A stretch of 64,000 nucleotides of DNA from Fistulifera solaris (taxonomy: Eukaryota), in contig AP026137.1 in NCBI GenBank assembly GCA_030295235.1, forward strand, positions 186,001-250,000, read 5' to 3'. Shown here in pieces: positions 1 to 12,773 of this stretch (its first letter is position 1; every line of letters begins with the position of its first letter). Under the pieces are notes generated by a model. It made no database searches and was not told the origin of the DNA. It saw nothing but the letters and a program-made list of their open reading frames with translations. The position numbers and the translations under genes are program-made.

Positions 1-903
1 AGGAGCAGGTGTTATCGCTGCCATAGGACTCGCAGTCGTCGTAACCGGCGCGGGTGTTCTCTCTGCTACCGGGCTGCCGGTAGTCGTAGCAGGAGCTGGT
101 GTTGCCGCTGGACTGACAGTCGTATTGGCCGGCACCATAGTGGCAATCGGAACTGGAGCCAAAGTTACCACGGGGCTCAAAGAAGGCATCGCTGGCGCCA
201 CAACGGGAGCCTCCGTTCTCGTTACCGTTGGAACGATGGTAGTGACTTCGCTGGGCATCGAACTGACCAGCGGGCACAAGAGAGGCTCTACCGGTGGATC
301 CCGTAGTTCGGTCTGAAAAGATAGAAAATGAGGAATGACTAGCAGTAATGCTTGAATGCGAGTCAAATGCACTTACAAATACCGTCCAGCCGATTCGTTG
401 ACCGGCAGTGATTACGGGATGCACCGCACAATCGTTGGTGAATTCAATGGCCCACGTATTAATGATGGGTTCTCCCGCCGCATTTTGCCCCGTCGCAAAG
501 ACCGACAAGGCACTGGGCAGACTCACGGCGTCAATAGCATCACTTAGCAAAAGGAAGTATAATTCAAAACATCCCCATCGACATAACCCTCCGCAAAGAG
601 ATTTTGTCGCACAATGTTTCCTGCCTGATCCGTTTCAAAAAATTGTATTTCATTGATCATGGTGGGTACAAAGTCAGTCAGATTCGCGTCGGTCGACTTA
701 TCGACCAAACAAGTCGTATCTTCGATCCCCGGTAGACCCGCCGCGATGGTCGCATCACTGCAAGTTAAATTGAATTGGAGACGAACGGAATACACGGCGG
801 GCTGACAAGCACAAAGATCGACCCCAATCTGTTGGCCTGTAATGCTTGCAAGCAGCCAAGCGGCGCTGACAAGGATTCTTGTCAAGAATTCTCTTTGAAT
901 CAT
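1..903 (-). CDS. Secreted diatom protein with a Cys-containing N-terminal domain and Pro/Thr/Ala-rich stalk (3' end outside window)
   Basis: Signal peptide MIQREFLTRILVSAAWLLASITG; CACQP...LTC...CL motif. Reading continues in another frame after a T-run near 550 (LLSDAIDAVSLPSAL...RIGWTVF); GT-AG intron 376..313; then TPAP/SPV-rich low-complexity sequence. Confidence 0.7.
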
Positions 904-1631
904 GCTGCAGTTCGCTTTGCGGAAGTTGAATTGCGTTCCTTTGTGGGTAAATTACAAAGCGAGAATATAGCAAGAAAACGAATACAACTGGCTGGAAATA
1001 AGGCAGTCAAACACCCCGTTACAGAAACGTCTCCCTCTATTGTGCTGCTGTATCCAAAGTGTCTCTCTTCTCTTCAAAAGAGAGGTCGTAAGGACTTTAT
1101 TAGGAGGAATGAGGGTGGACTTTTGCACCCATTCATTCGAATGGAGGGTGCACGAAAATTACATACGGACTTATTTCGGTGCGCGTTGGTGGAGTTTACT
1201 CTTGGTTCACGGTCCACCGCGACGCTGTTTCCGTTGACGTAGGTGAAATTTTGGTGAGTTCGAACGGTACTTAAGGATGTGACATGCTCGAGTCTTTAAA
1301 TACAGAACACGAAATAACGCTCCTCTTCTAAGTATTCCAATATTTAGAGGAGCCGAATTCGATAGTGACCACCATAATACCCATTGCGTCACGAGTTTTC
1401 GTGATTGTGTTGCAACCAATAAGGATTTGATTATTTGCGAGATGTTGCGATGATGATGACTATAAACTACAAGTATTCTTCGTTTATCTCTCGTAATGGT
1501 TTACTTAAGTCATTCATAGCTTTCACATACTAGCGGGAACGCAAAACTTGCCTTGTCATGAGCAGCTGACGTTTTTGACCTAACAACAAAGAAAAGCCGA
1601 AAATTTAACGAACATTCCGACTCTTTACAGG

Positions 1632-3720
1632 ATGAGTGGGTCATGGACGCATCGCGTCGCCATGATATACAGTGTTTGCTGTATTGTGTTGGGACGGTTC
1701 TTGGCGTACAAGTATCTGTATCATCACAAAGAATGTGATATGACATGGTCACAACGTCGTTTTCTCGAGTTGCCTCTCTCGACGAATGAAACTCCCTATC
1801 GTTTGTTCAAATTCACCGACGCCCGTGATCTTCGATACCGCCCATTCTTTGCACACAACAACGGTAAAGTCACCAACCTTGAGGACAATTCGTGGTGTAA
1901 CAGTCACAACCATTCGGTTCCTGTCTTATTTGTTCCGGGCCACGCGGGAGATTACCAACAAGCCCGGAGTTTGGGAGCTCATGCCGTACACATGACGGGA
2001 CGGTCCATGACCTCGAACGAATTGCAACAGGCTTTGCAGCTTTTACACAATCCGCAAGAAGCTGTGTTGGATGTTTATGCCGTGGATTTCAACGAAGAAT
2101 GGAGTGCTTTACACAGATTTTATGTCACGCGACAAGTTCGCTTTGTCGAACAAGCCATTCAGCGATTAGTAACGGCGTGCGAACACTACGAAACCATCCT
2201 CTTGGTCGGACACAGTATCGGAGGATTGGTCAGCTTGGCGGCGGCCAAAGCACAACCCACTTTGGTGAATACCATTGTCACATTGGCAACCCCGCACCAG
2301 AAACTGGTCACGTATGAGCCCCAATTGTGGCAATGGCACAAGAGTTTAGGACAGCCGCTGGGACCCGTGGATTTGGTGTTGCTTTCCGTGTCGGGTGGAT
2401 TGCGCGATGAATTGGTATCGCCCGAGACTACACGACATCGATTTATGAATGCATTTTATGGAGTTTCATTGATGGGACCCGATTTCATGGAATTGGCACG
2501 CGACGAAGGCACAATCACGACACCGTATTTAGGAATGGATCATCGAGCCATTGTTTGGTGTCACAATTTGTTGGCGCCTCTGCGAAACATGGTCGTGGTA
2601 TTGGGACAAGGCCGACGGGAAAAACGACGGGCTAGGGATATTCTAGAAACTGTTTTAAGTACTGTGCCGGAACAAGCACTTGAATTCAAAGATTCCATTT
2701 ATCGTCAATACAATCTCCTCCAAGTAAGTTGAGAAGCGCCTGTCATAAATCTCTGCCGATTACAGTTTAGTTAACTTTGTTGTGATTTTCCTTACAAAGA
2801 ACGATTTTGGGTACATTGGGGCAATAATGATTGAATTGAGCGCACTGGGGAACATTGACTTGTTGGTTTTCTTTTTCGCTTTTCTGGGAACGATTAAAAT
2901 ACAAGAATCATCTCGCGGACGAAAGCCTTCCGAATGGACGACGACAATCGTGTTGTTGGTGATCTACGTTGTGTATGCGTATTTGCGTGGAATATTTCAT
3001 TCGCTTCGGGCGCCCAATCTGCATACCATTCTGGTTGCAGCGTTATCTGCGGAAGCTCTGTATCTGTTCTTCCGGTTTATCTTGACAGTATTCATTTGCG
3101 GTCGTGCTTTTCGACGAGCAAGTCGACGTGTTTGCCACGTTGTGGCTATAGGGATCGCAATTTTGATATCCGTCTTGTCAAGTCGATTATTGAAAGTACC
3201 ACAAGAGACCCCAAATTCAATCGGACTTGGTGTTTTTCTGGTCTCCGCTACAGTTACTCTTGGATTAGCGCATCTTTCTTCTATTTCACCACAAACGAAG
3301 TCGTTACTGCAGCGCGAGGCGTCCTTTGTGGCATGGAGCATACCTGTCGTCCTCATTCTGACGTTTGCTGACCTTGTGGTACTGATTCGGTATTCGGAAT
3401 CATTGGGGGTTATTGGAAAGCTTTGCCCTTTGGTCTACGTCCGGTTCTTGATCGGCGGATCTGCTAAATCTACCTTCAACGTTGACGAATCACTACCGGT
3501 GGGGATCATTTGCGCATCGACTTATTATTTCGTCTCTGGCAATATAGACGATGCTGCCCGAATTTATGGTCTCCATCCGCTCGGGTTGTTTGTACATCTC
3601 TTAATTGTGGCCGACATTCTGCGTGTGTTACTGACCTTTAGCTTTCGTCAGCCGCTATTAATAAGCGAAGCCAAGATGGAAAGCGATCAACAATCAAATG
3701 AACATACAAAGAAAAGCTAG
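1632..3720 (+). CDS. PGAP1: PGAP1-like GPI inositol-deacylase (alpha/beta hydrolase plus multi-TM C-terminus)
   Basis: PVLFVPGHAG, AVDFNEE, GHSIGG lipase motif, TLATPH, SGGLRD, DHRAIVWC. Phase-0 intron 2724..2799 (GTAAGT...AAAG) joins ORF 1632 in frame to hydrophobic ORF 2782. Confidence 0.85.
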
Positions 3721-4146
3721 GCCCGAACTCGCGTGGATGTCATTTAGATTGGCTTTTACAACAAGGGGCTCAGGTCGCCCCTAGGGGGTCTAGCTTCTTG
3801 GAAACAGCTTCACCCAATGGACACCAGTGCTTTCACCAACAACATCTAAGTCGTCTAGAGCCTGTACTTAGTTGAAAAAATCGTGATTCCGGTTGTTAAC
3901 AAGAAAGACGAGCCGAGCCGCACATTTTTATAAGCTGTCCAGGGCACAATGCGATGACAAATTTCGCGGATTGGAAGTCGGGCTATAAGCAAGATTAAGT
4001 GTTTGTTAAATCAACGATTATAATTTTAGTCTAATAGTTGTAAGGTAAGATTAATTGCGTGACAATGAATGAGTCTGGGGCGAAGCGGTATGTCTTTCAA
4101 GCCTTATAAATTACGGGGTACGAATGTAATCAGTTGCTCTACCGCG

Positions 4147-4389
4147 CTACAGATCGTATGCTTGTACAGTTCTTCTTCCATTGGCCTCTGCTCGCCGTAT
4201 AGCAGCATCAATAAGCTCATGAACGACAATATTGAGCTCCTCAACGAAGTTGGATGCCGTTCGATGACCAGCATCCTTGAGTATTCGCCTCACTTGCGTA
4301 CCGATAACAAGCTGGTCATCTTCGCCTGCATTAGCAAACGTCATGAAAAGAGTAAAAATGAATGCAAAAAGCTGTTTGAAAAGTTGCAT
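4147..4389 (-). CDS. Prokaryote-type minimal histone-fold protein (DUF1931/face-to-face or Bd0055-like) with predicted signal peptide, 80 aa
   Basis: MQLFKQLFAFIFTLFMTFANA|GEDDQLVIGTQVRRILKDAGHRTASNFVEELNIVVHELIDAAIRRAEANGRRTVQAYDL. The last ~55 aa follow the short prokaryotic histone pattern (LVV.S.V+..I..., S.+F.E.L...V.ELI..A..RA.ANGR+TV...DL). No intron. Alternative ATG at 4344 would omit most of the signal. Confidence 0.8.
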   Translation of the reverse strand: MQLFKQLFAFIFTLFMTFANAGEDDQLVIGTQVRRILKDAGHRTASNFVEELNIVVHELIDAAIRRAEANGRRTVQAYDL

Positions 4390-5127
4390 GGATTCAATTG
4401 AAAAAGGGTGTCTTGGGAAAATGTTGACCAAAAATGAGATGTCTGTCGAGCTTTGAAATCTCGAGGTTCTCCTTGCACGCGAGCCGAGCATCATTATACC
4501 TGTATTTAGGAGATGTGATGTCGTAAAATATAATTTCTTAGAAGTTCAATCAGAAGTCTTCTACACCTTAACACTATACAGTACGTCTTGTCTAGACTTT
4601 CGCGCCAGCCTGCTCTCAGACTGGATGACGAAAACCTCGCCTCATTTCTTTACGTGATTCATTGCTGACGGAGAGGCTCATAGTAAATTTGTAGATGACG
4701 TGTGACCTGGTCAGACTTTGAAGAAAACTATAGAATTTTATTGTATAGAACTGCCCCACCGATTTCGATTTTTGTTGCTTTCTCGAAACGCGTGCGGGCG
4801 GCGTTCTCATCACGTCAACAATCATCGAATCACCCGATTTTCCGCCGAATGAATCACCACAACCTTCTTGAAGACCTTGCTAGCTTTGACACCACCCCAC
4901 TAAGACTGACAAAGCATCTGATTACAATCAATACGGAGCGAACTCTCTCTGACAAGTTATTTATTCACTCAAAGACGAATATCTGAGGAAGAAAGACTGT
5001 GAAGCATTTTTCAGCCGATTCGTTCCATTTCGACAAGAAGATTCGATTTGACTACAGTACGCTAACACAACACCGATCTCTGTATTGTCGCATCAACTAA
5101 TTTGTAAGCGCCCTTCATCGATTTGCG

Positions 5128-6540
5128 ATGAAATCAACTTATCATGGCTCGCTACATTGTATTTGCCTTCTTCTTCTCGCCACAAATGTCACGCGCTCGT
5201 TTACTCCATCCTCTCGACAATCAAATGCTCGCAAAGCACTGACATCTCATCAAGCTGTGGATATAGCTGCGGCTAGCTTGGTAGCCGGAAGCGTGGCTGG
5301 AGCTATTGGTGTTGGGGTGGCGCATCCTTTGGACACGTTGAATATCAAAACACAAGTACTTCAGGCAGCAACGTCACTTGAAAAACTGAATGCTAAGCGG
5401 AAAAACACAATTGCAGTCTTTGACGATCAGCAGGAAAGCAATACGTACTCCTATTCACAGCTAACCGGCAGCAAAACAGTCAATTCTTCAGTAGCGATCG
5501 ACCCAGTTCGTCTCAGCTCTTCGGCAACATTACAGGCAACAACTGTTTTGCCATCTTTTTCACAAAAGGTACCCCGTCAAGTGAATTTCTCGGAACATAC
5601 CGGCGTCATTGTTCAACATCGAATCGTCTATAGAGGCGAAGATGGTGGCGAGGGACCTTCTTTCGATAGAGTGGATACATGGCAGGTCATGCGACACGTG
5701 TACGAAACCGAGGGTGTTGCAGGATTCTTGGGCGGTATTCGCATCATGATGATAGGACAGGGTTTGGTGAAAGCATGTTCTTTTACCGTCAACGCTGTCG
5801 TTTTGAATTGGGAAGTGGCGCATGCTTCTGCACCAACGGATTCGCCCACGACGGCCATGTTTCTGATTGCCGCTGCCACGGCTGGTTTTGTGTCGTCCTT
5901 TATTGTGAACCCAGTCGAACGTGTCAAGGTTCTCTTGCAAGCAGCATCATCCTCCTCCAAGGCAGAGTCGGAGCTCGAATGCGTACGCAGCGTGTTAAAA
6001 TCTGAAGGATGGGCGGGCTTTCTGGGTCGCGGCTTGGGCACTACTATGCTCCGTGAAGTTCCCTCGGATGCTATTTATTTTTCAGTGTATGGACTGTTGA
6101 TGCAAGCAGTCGGTGGTGGCATTGGAGGATCCGATGAAAGTATGGTTCTGGCTCCGTGGTTAGCGTCGCTCCTCTTTGGTGCGGCTTCGGGGGTTGCGTC
6201 TTGGATTCCCGTGTACCCAGGTACGTTTTGCAATTTTTGCCTCTTGTTTAGCAAATGTTACCGAACCAACTAACGACAAACCATAGTTGATCTAGTTAAA
6301 ACTCTAGTTCAGAATACGAACGGCAATAGCGTGGCTGAAACAGGCTCCTCAACTGTGGCACGAGACACGTGGCAAGTGGTCCAAGATCTGTACGCTGCGG
6401 GAGGAGTTGGAGCGTTTTACGATGGAATCACTCCCAAACTTCTCCGCGCTGCTGTGTTTCACGCTGTCACATTCTGGGTGTATGATACCATATTGCCGAG
6501 CATAGAGTCTGCCACGTCGATTATTCATGTATCATCATAA
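5128..6540 (+). CDS. Mitochondrial carrier family (SLC25) protein with probable bipartite plastid leader
   Basis: Three PxD/ExxK signatures (PLDTLNIK, PVERVK, PVDLVK, the last across intron 6221..6286); GFLGRG..TMLRE and FYDGITPKLLR. N-terminal signal followed by TRS-F and a Ser/Arg-rich stretch. Confidence 0.85.
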
Positions 6541-8316
6541 CAAGGCTTGTAGGAAATGTAAATAAAAAAACAAGCATTCTGACTCTAGGAAATTAGGAAT
6601 AAATGTTATTAAATCCACCAGTGGAGATTGTTAATCATAGACCTTTTGGCACAATCTCGGAAACGTCACTCAACGAAGCTTTTCAAATCAGCGTATGTGC
6701 AGCTTACCAGATTGACCACGTGCTAGCTTTGTCATCCTTCCTGCTGTTTCGTTTTGTGTCTAAAAATATGGCATTTCTTAGAGGGAAGTGTAGCAATCGC
6801 GCCGAAATGTTTCTGCTTCCGTTGAAATCAAGCCTGATAATATAGGATCACGCGGAAGTCAATATCAAACTTTTAACACCAAATCAATCATCCTTTTGCC
6901 AAACAAAGGATAATTAAGGTGCTTGACAACCCTTTCTGATTTTCCAAGCTTGCTTGGGTGGAATCACCAATAAACACTTTGGGTGGGAAAATAATCATCG
7001 TATACAATCCTAAATATATTTTTCATTTCCTCACGTCCGAATAGAATTTTGACAATTGACTGAATTTTCCACTTTTTTTCCTCTTTTGTTATATTACGAT
7101 TTCAATCCGGCAATTCGCCGAGTGAGTTCTAGGACTCGATAGCTCAAGCTTTTGGTTAATACATTGATCTGTTAAACACGAGTGAGTCGTGTTGATGGGT
7201 CGCTGTCGTGCTCATTGTGACTTTGGTTGCGATCCTCTTATGATTTAAAACGCTGCTTAACCCCTTATCATTTTCTCTTGATATGAGAAATATTAGACTT
7301 TTTCTCCTCTTTTTATGGATTTACAAAGTTAACTCAGATCACAGTAAAAAACGACTATAGAGTCATATCTGAATTAAGTGTCAATCTTTCTTTAAGTGCT
7401 TTTGTGATTGAAAAGACGTTTGTACAAGATTTTACCTGAAAATGTGTGAGGCAAAGCATAAGTAGATGTGGCGTGAGCCTATATAAAACCATAAGCAACA
7501 CAATCTTAATTTGAAGACATTTTCCAAAGTTTTGACTTGTCCGAGGTTTGATGTTTACCTCATGATATCCTGCTGTGATAAAAGTAGCCGGATAACAAAC
7601 ATTTTCTTCTTTTTATAGTCAAGCTTGGCATTGTCTAAGGTTCATGTACGGCATTTAAGTGGGGCGGAGCATGCAGAAGCAACTCCACTTTTTAAGTGTT
7701 CTCATTGCGCTCCTATTGCTGAGGCACCATCGATGGAGTATACTGATAAAGGTCAACGTACGATTGAAGAATATATGGCGCCTACGACGGTCGAGTAGAA
7801 CATAGAAGTTAATATGGTAGCAAACGCCTGGATTTTTTTCGGTTCTGCATGCCCTCACGCCCCCTGAAGCTCGTTAAACAACCAACGCCGAACTGGCTGA
7901 CATCCAAACCGAGATTGAAACTCAATTGTCTCGAGACAACTCCAATTTCCGTCCCCACGATCGACATCTCCCCGACTGGTCACTCTCCGACCTTCAAAGT
8001 GCTCCCCTTCCCGACAGCCGAGCGTGGCTGCTCAACATGCATAATGAACGGTTAATGTCGGTTTTCGCAGTACCATCATTTCCCAGTTCTAACTAGTTTT
8101 CGCCCTTTTCAGTCGTTGTCTCTTTGATTCAGTGCCCCTTTTCCTTCCCTTTCCCGTCTCCCAGCTATTTCCCAGTACCCCAGCTAGCATGGCTAGCACC
8201 ACGTATCGGACCATCAATAGGATACCGATTGGTAGGCTTTCGAGTCGATATAGTAATGAGTGAACTATATAAATCTTTGAGTTATTATAATCTATAATAC
8301 CACCTATAGCATAGAT

Positions 8317-8533
8317 GCATTTGACAAAGCTCTTTATGGACCTAGCGGCAAAGTAGTAGACGGTGTCCTTCTGAACGACATTTTAATCTCTTTGATCGAC
8401 CTCAATCTACTACTTTCGTTCATATTCTGGATATAGCACAAAGTGCATTTGACAAAGCTTTTTAATGGACCTAGAGCGGCAAAGTAGTAGATGGAGTCCT
8501 TATGAAGGTTTTTAAATTCTCTCTTATCGACCT
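8317..8533. repeat. Degenerate tandem duplication, ~128 bp period, two copies
   Basis: GCATTTGACAAAGCT...ATGGACCTAG..CGGCAAAGTAGTAGA.GG.GTCCTT...TCGACCT at 8317 and again at 8445. Confidence 0.85.
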
Positions 8534-9294
8534 AACTTTGATTATATCTTTATTTGTTTACTGTGACAAGAAACAAATAATCGTAATACCCGCCAAGCTT
8601 GATGCCGCCATTGGAGCAACTCGAAGCTTATTCGTTTAAGATGCTTCTCTTCTTGCTAGAACTCGAGAGTCTTCTAAGAATTTGAGCATGGAAGATTTGA
8701 TGTTCATCGACACTTATTTTCAAAAGTCGGATAGTAATTTCAAAAATAAAGTGGATATTGTTTTCATTCTTTTCGGCTGCTGGTTCTCAGGAAGTCTGAT
8801 CTTATTGTCTTTGTTTGATTAATGATTTTTTTGCCATGTCATCATGCCTATAGACACTCAATCGGGCCATGGAAGTGAAAAATGCGTGGACTGGCGTTTT
8901 AGCTCCACATGTGGAAAATTTGAATACGTATAGTATACTGTTGTTCTTGTGTTCATAAGAAAGTATCAAACCATCGTAGCTACAAGGGACCATCACAAGA
9001 AAGACGACACGCACACACGTCTTTCTGTTAGTGGTTACGAATAGTCATGGCGATTGTCGGGACGGAAACGATGTCGTTGAAGTTACTTTGGCTCGCCCAT
9101 CAAGTGTATTGTCTTTAGATACCTGTGTAGCCATTACATGTCAGATCAGCGCGGTCTCGACCGAAATCATCTTTGATTGTTCCGAAGATGGCTTTTAGGT
9201 CGAGCCGTGGCGCTCTAGAAGAAACTGTTTTTCCATAATCTAAAGAATCTCTTTATGTTATTTCATACGTCTATTATTAACCAGGCCTTGGATG

Positions 9295-10813
9295 CTAATC
9301 ATATCTTGACCGCTTAGCTGTAGGCAAGCTTTCCTCTGTTACGCCTTGCCTCTTTTTATCTTCTAACGAGTTCTTTAAAATTTCTAGTGCGGTTTTCATT
9401 GTCTCTTCGAGGGCAGCTGCCATTTTTTCTGTTGATTCCGGCACCCTATTTTCTTGATGAGCAATTTCTTGTTTGATTTCAAACACCGTGGTAAGGAGCG
9501 CTTTGTGTATTGTTTCGGCACATTCTTCTAACAGTTCAAGGTCACCAACGTGGGCAAAGTAAGTTATTATCGTTTTCCATAAAATCGAAGTCCCACGGAC
9601 CCTTCGATTGATAGTTGCTGTTGTTACTGCTTTTAATTTTGGAATGAAAGATGGAGGAAATGACTTGTCCTTGGATAGTCACCCTCCAGTCAGGGTTGCT
9701 GAGGTTGATTTCCAAGGGAATATACATGTGGCGTGCGTTGAGATACTACCATGATTTCACCCACTCTTACCGTGCAAAACTGTGTGGCAAGGGACCCAAC
9801 AGAACGTCCGGATGTGTTTCCAGCGGGATTATGAAAGCAAATGGAGCAAAGTTATCAGTGTTATCACCACTGGCGTCATCCAGAGTTACTTGTGCCGGTC
9901 CAGATTTGCATGCCGCGTCATTTTGCCACATAGTGCGATCATTAGTAGGTAGCCGGGCTTTCTCGTTTCGATTTCCTCCCATTAGCAATTTAACCTCGCC
10001 AATCTTCATATGATACATACTATTGCGACCTTCTCTGACGTTCTTTTTGATTGACCACTCTGGGGACGAGCTTTGTCGTGGTGGCATAAGCCTTGTTTTT
10101 GCTAGCTCATTCGAGATATTCAGTTGCGCACCAAGAAAGAAAGCTAGTCGTATCATGCTTGCCTTGTGCTTTTCTGGTGCTACCGTAGGATACTTGTGAC
10201 ATGGCAAAGGGCAAACTTTCCGATTGTCTAATGGTTTGTGAAAGTTCCGATGCTGATTGTCGACCATGTTCGCCGATTTTCCTGGCGGCCCAAGCGTAAA
10301 TGAGCTGGGCACGGCGTTAATTGTTAAAAGTGCCCCGGCGTATGTATCCCGAAAGATTTCATCAATGGGAAAGGGCATTTCCGCGTATCCGTATCTCGCA
10401 TAATGGTTTCTTTTGATATCGCCCTGCTTGTGGCTGTCATGAAAAAAGACATTGTCCACAGTGATTGTCGTTTGGAATGACATGTCGACGTCGTTGCATG
10501 TTGCAATTGCAACCAATGCGTTCATTGGCGGTGGTCCGTCTCCTGGGTAGCAGTGTCTGCAGTAGAACTGTAACCTTTTTCTACTAGCGAACCTGCTGTG
10601 CCAGTGATTGTCTCCAGAAATGGGCTCGCATCGCACCCCGTAAACATCTTCTAGTGTTTTAGAAATCACGGAGGCTGCGTTTCGAAACTGTTTAATTCTG
10701 TTGTTTTGCAATGACAAGTCCATAGTTTCAGGCATGGTATCATCTAGCTCTGGATGAACGATATCCGGAAATAATGCCCTGGCAACTTCCTCCGAAGGAA
10801 ACAAAGAATTCAT
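9295..10813 (-). CDS. Hypothetical protein broken by several frameshifts (or pseudogene)
   Basis: 348-aa ORF continued by nearby frames (..VRVGEIMVVSQRTPH.., PDWRVTIQGQV.., DLELLEECAETIHK..FEIKQE..AKRSRYD). CxxC...HxxH in the N-terminal part; basic NLS-like tail. Confidence 0.45.
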
Positions 10814-11237
10814 ATGATTTATTGCTGGCTCGGATTACGAAGACGTGTCCCTGAAACTCTTTCGGCAATAACCGGTTCAATAGTCTAATAATGCTGCAAA
10901 ACGGAAATAAAAAAGACGATGGGGAAGCAACAAAGGGTAAGTTTTGATGAGTGATGATGAGTGACGAATGTATCGTTGGCATATGGCATCCATTCCCTAT
11001 TCCTCATTCTCATTCCTCATCGTTAAACTGAAACGTGAAAAAATAATAATGTTTGTGTGGTGTTTTTCACCTAAATAAAAAACGTAACACTCTTCTTTTA
11101 GATTTCGTACCGGTACCCACTGTCGAACTACCTCCAACTCCAATGGAGCTATAAAGACCTAGACATATTCTAAAAGGATGTGAGCTGAAAGTCGGTTAAA
11201 GTCTCACAACCTTTTTCTTTAAAACAAAAATGCTTAT

Positions 11238-12434
11238 TTACTGAATCGAGTGGTAAATACCACCGTGTTCGTCTTCTGGGGTGTGTCCTTCTTCTTGGTT
11301 GTCGGCCGACAGGAGAGCTCGCTGTTCTTCGTTGCAGCTTCTCTGCTTCTGTGCCAAAAATTGGTTCACTAAATGCGGCTTGCGTTCATAGATGCTACGA
11401 ATATGAGGTGGCATTGAGGAAAGCCCTGGTAGTTCGCCACTAAATTCTTTGGGCGTCGGTAATCCGTTTTGTACGAGCGGTATGTCCGTGGGAAGCTTGC
11501 TACTTTGTCGGATGGAAGAAGGAGGCTTATCAGTATCAAAGACACCCTTTTGTCGAACACCAATATTCGCCAACCCTTGATGACTGGATAGCTGAGGTAA
11601 AGTGAACGTATTACCAAATCGCTCTTGAAAAATTGTTTTTACCGCGTCTGCCGAAACAGAAATTCCGTACTCATCTTTCAGCTCGTCATAAAACTGTAGA
11701 GCAATTGTTGAGTTTGTCGAATTTGAATGTTGCTGATTGAGTTGTTCGAGCCAACCCAGTGTTGTCGATGTGCCTGTCCCATGGTCTGTCGCAATGAATT
11801 TGTCTTTCGCTTGCAATTTGTCAAATTCCCGCTTTAGATGACACGCAACTCCCAATGGAAGACCGATCGACTGATAGTCGGAGACCGTTAGTAGCGGCAG
11901 GTCAAGTCCCTGAATATTGTGTTTATGGAATGCTTGAGCTATTTCTGGATCTGCAGAAATACATCTTTGTACCCATTCTTGTACTTGTCCGGCGGTCCAG
12001 TTGTACCAGGAACCCTCTGGTAATACACCCGTATTGCCACCGTGACTGCTACGTTGATGGTAATCCTGATGTACAGATGTTGATGAGATAGCTATGCGGG
12101 GCATACAAGCAGGTATAGGTAGGAACCGAAGACCAAAGCTGGTAATCAAGATGGAAGCAATCGGAATGAAATAATGCAAGGGTGCAGGCATTAGTTGCTC
12201 CCAAACTAGCGCTGTCCAGATTCCACAGGCTATGTGATGTGTGGAAACAATCGAGCATGCTTCTATATTGAAAGACGATGGAAGCAAGAGAGTAAAGAAC
12301 AGGAGATGCATCCATATCGAGTGCTGAGCCAACAACGTTGATATGAGCCACAGAAAAATAACATTGTTTGGCCCCGTTTGCCAGAGACTAGCCAGTGAAG
12401 GTAATATTACAAGTGGTTTTGTGTCATGCTGCAT
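11238..12434 (-). CDS. Membrane protein with SAM (sterile alpha motif) domain
   Basis: Hydrophobic N-terminal segments, then WTAGQVQEWV...AFHKHNIQGLDLPLLTVSDYQSIGLPLG, a SAM consensus. Confidence 0.75.
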   Translation of the reverse strand: MQHDTKPLVILPSLASLWQTGPNNVIFLWLISTLLAQHSIWMHLLFFTLLLPSSFNIEACSIVSTHHIACGIWTALVWEQLMPAPLHYFIPIASILITSFGLRFLPIPACMPRIAISSTSVHQDYHQRSSHGGNTGVLPEGSWYNWTAGQVQEWVQRCISADPEIAQAFHKHNIQGLDLPLLTVSDYQSIGLPLGVACHLKREFDKLQAKDKFIATDHGTGTSTTLGWLEQLNQQHSNSTNSTIALQFYDELKDEYGISVSADAVKTIFQERFGNTFTLPQLSSHQGLANIGVRQKGVFDTDKPPSSIRQSSKLPTDIPLVQNGLPTPKEFSGELPGLSSMPPHIRSIYERKPHLVNQFLAQKQRSCNEEQRALLSADNQEEGHTPEDEHGGIYHSIQ

Positions 12435-12773
12435 TATTATGAATGATTATTATGCTTTGTAGAATGGCGACAATAAATAATACGGAGTGGAAGTCTCATT
12501 TTTATCTCATCGTTCTTCGACGATCGAATGCACAGCAGCCAATGCCAAATATGTACTATCTCGTCATAAGTAGTGATGCTTTGTCTCAGTGGTTTTTTCG
12601 GACGAATGGATGCGAGATGGAGCTGCAGGTTTTGCAGTTTGAATAAGTTATTCATTCAAATCAAGTCATCCGGTCTCTAACCTTTTTATTATGTTATATG
12701 TTTCGCTGCTAGCAAGCGATTTGTTATGCAACTACTGCAGACTGCTGATTATGTTTAGCGGTTGTTGGGATAA

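Noticed and set aside
4389..4494. Longer 115-aa version of the histone ORF
   Set aside because: The extra 35 residues look like UTR; the ATG at 4389 directly opens a clean signal peptide. Not excluded without TSS data.
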